64,000 bases of DNA from a virus (Duplodnaviria > Caudoviricetes). A model generated the notes under the pieces. That model saw nothing but the letters and a program-made list of their open reading frames with translations. It did no database searches and was not told where the DNA came from. Below are positions 57,448 through 64,000 of the stretch, piece after piece. How positions within the stretch are numbered: the stretch's first letter is position 1; the number at the start of each line of letters is the position of its first letter. The stretch is from the IMG/VR virus record IMGVR_UViG_3300042446_001529, positions 34,645 to 98,644 of that record; one strand, given 5' to 3'. A program made the position numbers and the translations under genes.

Positions 57448-57934
57448 TTACGCTATTTCCTTCTTGATCTATTTCCATCCAGGTATGATCGCCCATGTAT
57501 TTTACTCGAGCCTGATATTCATAGTCTTCTGGAGCACTACTGGACCAGTCGTTGGGACCATGTTGTGTTAGCAATGTATATTGCTTTCTCTTGTCCCATG
57601 CTAGCCAATAGATATTACCCATCACCGGTTGAAACTGATACACCGCGGCATGAACGGCATCTGTGATATCTAATCTACGCTTGATAGCCTGCGCCTGTTT
57701 TTCTAACACATTAACCAATTCCACAATTCGATCGTATTCCTGCTGTGCATACATCCTAGCATGATTGATCATTAGATCTTTCTGTTTGGTTACCGGAACT
57801 AACTCGAATTTAACTCCTCCGGCTTCCGTGGGATACTCTGATACGTTTCTATTGAAGAAAGGCACCATTGTTCCACCTATATCGGCATCAAAACTATTTC
57901 TGCCTTTGGCAAGATTAGATTTTTTATCCGCCAT
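57440..57934 (-). CDS. Hypothetical protein (DUF2452-like)
   Basis: YQFQPVMG.IY.L..P.DW..DHTW pattern. Confidence 0.55.
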   Translation of the reverse strand: MADKKSNLAKGRNSFDADIGGTMVPFFNRNVSEYPTEAGGVKFELVPVTKQKDLMINHARMYAQQEYDRIVELVNVLEKQAQAIKRRLDITDAVHAAVYQFQPVMGNIYWLAWDKRKQYTLLTQHGPNDWSSSAPEDYEYQARVKYMGDHTWMEIDQEGNSVNG

Positions 57935-58847
57935 TAATCTTTGATAATTTTACCAGAGTAGATGCTAAATTAATTTCTGGATCGATGATCAATGTGTGAT
58001 CTACCAGAGCCTGCTTAATGACATGCAAAGCCTTGTCCTGATGTTCTTCTGATCCAAAAATATCTAAATGGTTGTATAGCCACACATATACTTCTTGCAT
58101 CTCTTCAGCACGTAGTTTACCGCACAACATCTTACGTGCTTCTTGGATCTTTCCTGCTCTGAACAACTCGACCATATCAAACTTCCACTCTGCAGATCCT
58201 ACATCTTCCTTAGTAGCACTGTGCAGTTTGGCATCGTTGGTATTTTGTTGCAATAAATTTAGACATTTACGCAGATCAGGGTATGTGGTAGACACATACA
58301 TATCTAGGGTGTCTAAATCAAATTCAACGTTTTCTTCAACCAACACAGTGGCAGCTCTAGCGGTAAACTCTGTTTGATCAAGTTTTGAGAAATGCCATTG
58401 TTGGCAACGACTGTGCAATGCTGGCACAATCATATTAGGATTATTACAGGTTAAAATAAAGCGAGCATAATTGCTGTATTCTTCTATGATGCCTTTTAAC
58501 GAATCCTGCGCCTGCGGACTAAGACGATCTGCTTCGTCTAACAGCACCACCTTAAAGGCACCCCAAGCGATACTGCTGATAAATGGCACTATCTTGTTGC
58601 GTATGAAATCAATACCTGTTTCTCTACTGGCGTTTACTTCTAGCACATCAGCATCGAGAATTTCGATTTCGTTGACCAGAATCTTAGCCATGGTGGTTTT
58701 ACCAATGCCTGGAGGCCCGCTTAACAGTAGATGAGGAATGCTTTTTTCAGCCACCCATGTTTCGACCTGTTTACGTTGTGCAGAGTCACGCCATACATAC
58801 CCTTCCATCTTTTTAGGACGATACTTCTCAACCCATAGTTCTTTCAT
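57924..58847 (-). CDS. Clamp loader AAA+ subunit (RFC small/gp44-like)
   Basis: LWVEKYRP, GPPGIGKTT, NAS, LDEAD, SRC. Confidence 0.92.
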   Translation of the reverse strand: MKELWVEKYRPKKMEGYVWRDSAQRKQVETWVAEKSIPHLLLSGPPGIGKTTMAKILVNEIEILDADVLEVNASRETGIDFIRNKIVPFISSIAWGAFKVVLLDEADRLSPQAQDSLKGIIEEYSNYARFILTCNNPNMIVPALHSRCQQWHFSKLDQTEFTARAATVLVEENVEFDLDTLDMYVSTTYPDLRKCLNLLQQNTNDAKLHSATKEDVGSAEWKFDMVELFRAGKIQEARKMLCGKLRAEEMQEVYVWLYNHLDIFGSEEHQDKALHVIKQALVDHTLIIDPEINLASTLVKLSKINGG

Positions 58848-59035
58848 TCTTTTGCCTTGTTAATAATGTCTTGTGTAATTATACTATTTTCTGCATCATA
58901 CAGCGAGAGGTTATGCAATCGATCTGCGCATGATCGAATGTCGTCGCTTAACTGGCCTCGACCAATTTCTCTTTCTACTGTGCGAGCAATGTCGTGTAAT
59001 GCAATCACCGCATCAACTAATTCAATATTCCTCAT
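58844..59035 (-). CDS. Hypothetical protein
   Basis: Probable start MRNIEL with GAGG SD. Confidence 0.55.
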   Translation of the reverse strand: MRNIELVDAVIALHDIARTVEREIGRGQLSDDIRSCADRLHNLSLYDAENSIITQDIINKAKE

Positions 59036-59199
59036 ACCAATTCCTCTACCACACCGAGTATCTCTGCTGAAATAATAAGAGCGCCTGCCCAATACAAATT
59101 ACCAGCAATTAATACTGCACCAGCAATAATTCGTAATCCGCTTTTTACAAGACTAACATAAAAATGTCCTTTGCTGGTATCTTTAGGTTGGATTTCCAT
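59032..59199 (-). CDS. 55-aa membrane protein (not in ORF track)
   Basis: MEIQPKDTSKGHFYVSLVKSGLRIIAG..AEILGVVEELV. Confidence 0.6.
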   Translation of the reverse strand: MEIQPKDTSKGHFYVSLVKSGLRIIAGAVLIAGNLYWAGALIISAEILGVVEELV

Positions 59200-59629
59200 C
59201 TTTTAGTCCTTTATTAATTTCTGCTGCAATAACACGTTGTCTAAGTTCGCTAGTTGAGAAATTGTGTTCACGTTTGTTAAAATAAAATTCAATGCCTCGA
59301 TCGTCACATTCCCATCGACCTGTAAAATCTTTTTCTGCGTATTCCTGTCCTAATATTCTAACATTAATAGGATAAGAAAGCAAGATATTTACAAGATCGG
59401 CTTCCGTTTCGTAGACAAGTATCTCGTCAATATACTTACAGGCTTTCAGTTGTTCGTAGCGTTCAAATACACTTTGAATAGGTTTATTTTTTTCAGTAGG
59501 ACGATCAATGGTGGGATCTGTTTGCAACCCCACAATCAAATGATCGCATTGTGTCTTTGCTTCCTTGAGCATCATGATATGCCCAGCATGAAACAGGTCA
59601 AAGGTTGAGCAGGTAAAGCCTACTGTCAT
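59183..59629 (-). CDS. Cytidylyltransferase (TagD-like)
   Basis: STFDLFHAGH, LIVGLQTD, R.H.FSTS.LR. Confidence 0.85.
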   Translation of the reverse strand: MTVGFTCSTFDLFHAGHIMMLKEAKTQCDHLIVGLQTDPTIDRPTEKNKPIQSVFERYEQLKACKYIDEILVYETEADLVNILLSYPINVRILGQEYAEKDFTGRWECDDRGIEFYFNKREHNFSTSELRQRVIAAEINKGLKDGNPT

Positions 59630-59997
59630 TTTCTACTCAAAAACTCTTTGAGATTTGGTGGAGTCCAACCATCGGGCTTGAGAACTTTGCCATCTTCACG
59701 TTTAATTACTTTACCTGTCTTTTTATCAATTTTAGCAAAGTTGGTACGCATAACTTCTTTCCAGGCACCTTCTGCATCTGCACCCATTGAGTGAATAGCA
59801 CCGATAGTTACAACTAAGATGTCAATTAGCGCATCTAGAGATTCTACTTTGTCGTTATTATCTATTGCTACAGCAAGTTCTCTAGTTTCTTCCTCAATGA
59901 GTTTTAGATACATATTGAACTGATCTTGATTGAGGGATTCAACCGTTTGGTCGCAGGCCCGCATGAATTTTTCTTGATCACGAAATGGATTGGTCAT
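59626..59997 (-). CDS. MazG-like/PRA-PH NTP pyrophosphohydrolase
   Basis: LIEEE..EL, DALID..VV..G, EV..TN..K, REDGKVLKP.GW. Confidence 0.8.
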   Translation of the reverse strand: MTNPFRDQEKFMRACDQTVESLNQDQFNMYLKLIEEETRELAVAIDNNDKVESLDALIDILVVTIGAIHSMGADAEGAWKEVMRTNFAKIDKKTGKVIKREDGKVLKPDGWTPPNLKEFLSRK

Positions 59998-60006
59998 TGT
60001 ATCTCC

Positions 60007-60246
60007 TTAAGACTTTAATATCTTAATGATACATTTTTTTTCCTGTTCCTGCAACCACTCTTTTTCCAAATCTCCGAAGTCTGGAGAATCTGCCAAGGCA
60101 ATATCTACCAGGACCTTGATCTGATACAGATCTTGTTTGGCGTAAAAGGCAGTGAAATGATCATTGTACGGATCTCGGCATTCTCTAACCAAGGCACGTA
60201 GTTGATTTGAGATATCAGCGATATCCGAACTTTTACGTAATTCCAT
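60007..60246 (-). CDS. Hypothetical protein
   Basis: TAATG-coupled ORF. Confidence 0.6.
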   Translation of the reverse strand: MELRKSSDIADISNQLRALVRECRDPYNDHFTAFYAKQDLYQIKVLVDIALADSPDFGDLEKEWLQEQEKKCIIKILKS

Positions 60247-60665
60247 TAGTTAATTCTTGACATGTTTCCAGGTAGGAAGTCTTGTGGATCGATATTCATG
60301 CTTGATCCGTTTGAAAATTCCTGACCGATGTAGAAATCATTTGGTCTTTCGTCAGCAACTGCAATAACAGCTGTGGTTTCTACTTTTTGAAATTCTTTAT
60401 CACCGTTGCCGTCGTTGATTTTAATCTTACGAGTCCAACGACCGTGTTCAATAAGAACCCACTGACCGATCTTGACATCGAGGTCACATTTATCACCGAC
60501 TTTATAAACTTCAGCCCAACGAGGTTTAACACCGTGTGCTTTACCATCGTCACTTTGAATAACGATGCCGCCGGCAGTTTTCATTTCGCCCATGTCCATG
60601 TTAATAACAAGAAGGTCCTTTGGCAGAGGACGAACCTGCATGTGTCGTGCTTCGAGATTGAACAT
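60246..60665 (-). CDS. GroES-like co-chaperonin
   Basis: VRPL, KTAGGIVI mobile loop, V..VG..VKIG.WVL. Confidence 0.8.
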   Translation of the reverse strand: MFNLEARHMQVRPLPKDLLVINMDMGEMKTAGGIVIQSDDGKAHGVKPRWAEVYKVGDKCDLDVKIGQWVLIEHGRWTRKIKINDGNGDKEFQKVETTAVIAVADERPNDFYIGQEFSNGSSMNIDPQDFLPGNMSRIN

Positions 60666-60673
60666 AGTTTACC

Positions 60674-60904
60674 TTATTTCTTGTTGCTGCGAGCAGCCAC
60701 TTCTTCATGTAATGCGTTGGGATTTTGTGCATAATAGTCTGCCAGCACTTGTTCGCGTGTGCGTATCACTCTGCCACCTTCGCCAATTTCGTCACCTCGA
60801 GCGTTGACTTTCATGTTGCCCACAGCCGGAGTTTTTTCAAATCTCAAGCTCATCTTTTCCATGTCAATTTCTTTGCCTCTCATTGAGGTATAAGTTCTTC
60901 CCAT
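60674..60904 (-). CDS. Hypothetical protein
   Basis: MGRTYTSMRGK start with AGGAG SD. Confidence 0.65.
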   Translation of the reverse strand: MGRTYTSMRGKEIDMEKMSLRFEKTPAVGNMKVNARGDEIGEGGRVIRTREQVLADYYAQNPNALHEEVAARSNKK

Positions 60905-60905
60905 T

Positions 60906-61367
60906 TTATTCTCCTTTAAAGAATTCGTTAATTGGTAGCTTGTATTTAACACTGTCTATTTTGTGTACGCCAATTATGAATAGCACATAACTGGCTACAG
61001 AACTGCCTCTTCCTACTCCCCATACAATATTATTGCTTCTGAGAGTATCTACCACATATTTCATTGCTCGCAACACAGGAATCAAATTATGATTTCTATA
61101 TAATTCGATCTCTTGTAATAATCTATCATAGTTTTGTTCTGGACAGTGATCCACCAAAAATGCTTCTATGTCCATGCATTGATATTCTTTGGGTATAAAC
61201 CATTCAGTGCAGTCTATGTCAGTGGGGGGAATTGGATAGTTCAAATGCTCTTGATGCAATCTATTCACATACTGTGAAAGATCATCAGAAGTTTGGCAAT
61301 GTTCCAGTATGTCCGGCCCATGCTGCATCACACCCTGTATGAGTTGTTGAGTAGTATTAGTCCACAT
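60906..61367 (-). CDS. Stand-alone DNA polymerase III alpha (DnaE) fragment
   Basis: RL..E..L, GVGRGSSVASYV.F.IG..ID..KY.L..EF; ends before the PDxDxD catalytic motif. Confidence 0.75.
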   Translation of the reverse strand: MWTNTTQQLIQGVMQHGPDILEHCQTSDDLSQYVNRLHQEHLNYPIPPTDIDCTEWFIPKEYQCMDIEAFLVDHCPEQNYDRLLQEIELYRNHNLIPVLRAMKYVVDTLRSNNIVWGVGRGSSVASYVLFIIGVHKIDSVKYKLPINEFFKGE

Positions 61368-61587
61368 TGATCAATTGACCTAAATCACCATCTGCCTGTT
61401 TCAATTTCTGAGCATGCCTCTTTGCGAGTTCTTCTCTATATATTGTAACAAAAGTAGATAGCTGTGTCAAGAGATCTCTACTGCCCATTCTTGCAGCAGC
61501 GTGATATTTTTTATTCAATTCGATGAGACGATTTTCAATGTCTTGATCTTTATACTCTGACAAATCGCCGCTCAGTGGATGAAACAT
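61357..61587 (-). CDS. Hypothetical protein
   Basis: Probable start MFHPLSG. Confidence 0.6.
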   Translation of the reverse strand: MFHPLSGDLSEYKDQDIENRLIELNKKYHAAARMGSRDLLTQLSTFVTIYREELAKRHAQKLKQADGDLGQLINVD

Positions 61588-62168
61588 TAGCTGTATAATC
61601 CTAAATAATTCATCCAAATTACAGTAGCACTGTGTTGCCAAACTTCGATGATCACTGGGTTTGTAGCAGATGTGACTGTAACTGATACAGGAAAACCTGG
61701 TGATTTTTTAATCACAGTGCCGCCTGAAGTAATAAATGTAATTGTTCTAGCAGTACCATCTCCGTAGAGTTCTAGAGTGGCTTTACCGATCTGTCCGAGT
61801 CCTGTGACATCCACTGCTCCGGTAGGAAATTCAGAGAATGACAAACTGGTGTTTGCTCCGAACTTTACTATGTGATACATGGCCTGTTTAAAACTGATGT
61901 CTTGTGTGCCTGCCACTATTGGAGAACCATAGTCCTTTTTACGCAGATAAGCATCTTGTAGTGTTACAGATCCTACTACATTATACAAGAAATCGTTGTC
62001 TTCGTCTATCCGGGCTGCATTATCCTGCAGATCTGTAATCTCAGTCTTGGCAGCAGAGAAGTTGGTTTTGATAGTATCAAAGTTATCTCTAAACACCTGA
62101 GTGTCGTTGTCCTGGCCAGCTACAGGAAAGTTTTCATTTATTGCTGCGAAATTGATAAGGCTTGTCAA
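61587..62168 (-). CDS. Virion structural protein
   Basis: FPVAGQDNDTQ.FRDNF..IK.NF..A..EI..LQ; late promoter at 62202-62209. Confidence 0.6.
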   Translation of the reverse strand: MTSLINFAAINENFPVAGQDNDTQVFRDNFDTIKTNFSAAKTEITDLQDNAARIDEDNDFLYNVVGSVTLQDAYLRKKDYGSPIVAGTQDISFKQAMYHIVKFGANTSLSFSEFPTGAVDVTGLGQIGKATLELYGDGTARTITFITSGGTVIKKSPGFPVSVTVTSATNPVIIEVWQHSATVIWMNYLGLYS

Positions 62169-64000
62169 GGTAATTTTTCTCCACGTTGCGGGAATGCAAG
62201 GTATTTATCCTCTATTTCTCCGTCTATAATATCTATTATATAGCGATCTGCTACAAAGTCAATGGTTTTAAAATCAAAGCCACTGGCTTTGATTCTGGCC
62301 ACTATATTTTCAGCCGGGCTGGCTGCTGCATCATTATCCGATCCTGGTTTGCAATAACACAGGGGTAAGGCTGATACATATCCTGTCTCAAAAGATGCTT
62401 GGTCTTGTGTGCTGCGCATCCATAAGGGCAAAAATTCTCGATCTCTGTCCCCTATTGCGCTGATGCGTGATCTCATGTTTTTAATAGAATTAGGAAACAC
62501 TCGCTGATGATCACTGTCGCTGACCAAGGGAATGTCGCTGTCTATTTTGATACTGTCATAGCTGATCAATACCTTGCTGTTAATGTTATTGGGTAGATTC
62601 ACTGTTTGGCTGATGCTGCGACCGTTTTTTTCTAGGTCGTCTATGATTTCTACATAGATGACTTCATAGATGGTCTCTTGTGTTACAGGATCTTTGGCTT
62701 TGGCAGTTTTAAGACTACCAAATTTCAATCTCTTGTGATAATGATTGCGACTCATGGCCTGCACAAATTTCACAGCTGTAACACTTTCTATACCTGCATA
62801 TATCAAAACTCGAAGATCTGTCTGCACACTGAAATTAACGTCACCATATCGATAGATGTCTGTGGGGCGGAATATTGTTGCATCGGTGATGAAATTAAAC
62901 CATGCTAATCTTTTGGGTTTTGATTGTAGGGCTTTGACATAGAGATTGGCAAAAGTTTTATTGTTTGCAACCAACACAGATAAATTAAATGTGCGATTTA
63001 ATGTGGCAAAATTCACACTGTCTCTGGCTCGCACAGTAAATGTAAACTTGAGATCATATGTTGTGGTAGAATTGTCGAATATCGAGGAATAATCTCTACT
63101 GAGTGTGGAACTGTCTTCAGCGGGTGACAGATTGTCTGTGCGTTCGAAAAATCTTGTTAGTCCCGGACCAGCGTCATCTGCAAACTGTTTGATCTTGCCT
63201 TGTATTGCACCTGTAGGCAAAAATTGCAGTCCAGCAGGTAGATTGCCTGACACAAATTCATAGCTGATTCTTCCGCCGTAGAGTAGACTTGTTGCTTGAA
63301 TGAATTTGTCAGAAGCAATGTTTGGTTTAATTGTTCCAAGATCGCTGTCAGTGATCCATTCTACTGCGCTGTCAATTTCTCCGATCACTGTGACAGTGAA
63401 AGTTTTTTCAGTCTTGGAAGTGCTGGCTCGCCAGTATTCTTCATCAGTGGGTAGTCTGTTAACATGAACTTTCACACTGATATATGTTACTCCAACGAAT
63501 TCCACAGCATCGTTGATTATGTAAGTAGTGGAGTTATTCCATGTGCCTTTATAAACATAATTTGTGTATGCCAGATCTGCTGGATAATTCACAGCACGGA
63601 CAGTGAATTGATAATTTTTCGAGATTCTAGCCTGATATGGCACAGAACCTGCTATATCGCCTGTGGTAGTATCTAGTTCCATGCCAGGAGGCAGTTGGCT
63701 CTGTGAACCGTCGGGATTGACGGGCAACAGAAAGTATGCGATGGTGCCGGATAAAGTGGGAGGATCGTAGACATCCAAGAATATGGTCACATAGTTATTG
63801 GCACGGAATCGGCCTAGATCACTGTCAGTGATCCAAATTGGCACACGAGCACTGCTGGCATCTGCCTGAAATATATTGGTGTCAACCTGCACTATTGAGT
63901 TATCGGCCTGTAGGAACTCTTCAGTGACCACATAGATTTTAAACAGTCTAGTTTCTGTATACACTCCGTCAGTGACAGCCACTATGAAATTGTAGATCCT
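62165..64000 (-). CDS. Large baseplate-wedge-like protein with Ig-like repeats (5' end outside window)
   Basis: Repeated WITDSDLG, LPPG/LPAG, FTVRA, F...V motifs. Confidence 0.65.
   Translation of the reverse strand, partial: RIYNFIVAVTDGVYTETRLFKIYVVTEEFLQADNSIVQVDTNIFQADASSARVPIWITDSDLGRFRANNYVTIFLDVYDPPTLSGTIAYFLLPVNPDGSQSQLPPGMELDTTTGDIAGSVPYQARISKNYQFTVRAVNYPADLAYTNYVYKGTWNNSTTYIINDAVEFVGVTYISVKVHVNRLPTDEEYWRASTSKTEKTFTVTVIGEIDSAVEWITDSDLGTIKPNIASDKFIQATSLLYGGRISYEFVSGNLPAGLQFLPTGAIQGKIKQFADDAGPGLTRFFERTDNLSPAEDSSTLSRDYSSIFDNSTTTYDLKFTFTVRARDSVNFATLNRTFNLSVLVANNKTFANLYVKALQSKPKRLAWFNFITDATIFRPTDIYRYGDVNFSVQTDLRVLIYAGIESVTAVKFVQAMSRNHYHKRLKFGSLKTAKAKDPVTQETIYEVIYVEIIDDLEKNGRSISQTVNLPNNINSKVLISYDSIKIDSDIPLVSDSDHQRVFPNSIKNMRSRISAIGDRDREFLPLWMRSTQDQASFETGYVSALPLCYCKPGSDNDAAASPAENIVARIKASGFDFKTIDFVADRYIIDIIDGEIEDKYLAFPQRGEKLP

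Noticed and set aside
1-64000. CRISPR array, tRNA or rRNA genes
   Set aside because: No regularly spaced identical repeats or cloverleaf/T-loop signatures noticed; intergenic gaps are short. Not confirmed by tRNAscan.
1-64000. Stop-codon reassignment
   Set aside because: Recognisable genes (polB, clpA, folE, phoH) are full length in the standard code, and TAA, TAG and TGA all end genes.

Overview
A 64 kb segment of a large, probably jumbo, T4-superfamily-like myovirus genome with a Gram-negative host (two-component spanin, Proteobacteria-type IscA/ErpA and ClpA). No tRNA, rRNA or CRISPR was seen. + strand 1-23.8 kb: tail-fibre/virion genes, then a 17 kb island of glycosyltransferases, six radical-SAM enzymes (one B12-dependent type), two SGNH-like hydrolases and a methyltransferase. 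- strand 23.8-64 kb: 5'-3' exonuclease; a 7-deazaguanine DNA-modification locus (QueE, FolE, atypical T-fold protein, TGT/DpdA-like transglycosylase, embedded GT-B glycosyltransferase, no QueC in the window); sliding clamp and family B DNA polymerase; a cluster of small basic or modular proteins with capsid-targeting-like N-termini and repeated (I/L/V)-x-E putative prohead-protease sites; ClpA/DnaJ; a lysis cassette (GH19 endolysin, i-spanin with embedded o-spanin, holin-like); PhoH (+ strand); clamp loader; GroES; a stand-alone DnaE fragment; baseplate-type proteins. Regulatory signals read directly include TAAATA late promoters, sigma70 promoters whose -35 box sits in a terminator hairpin, and twin 8-nt-loop hairpins before the polymerase. 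All product calls come from motif recognition by eye, not database searches.
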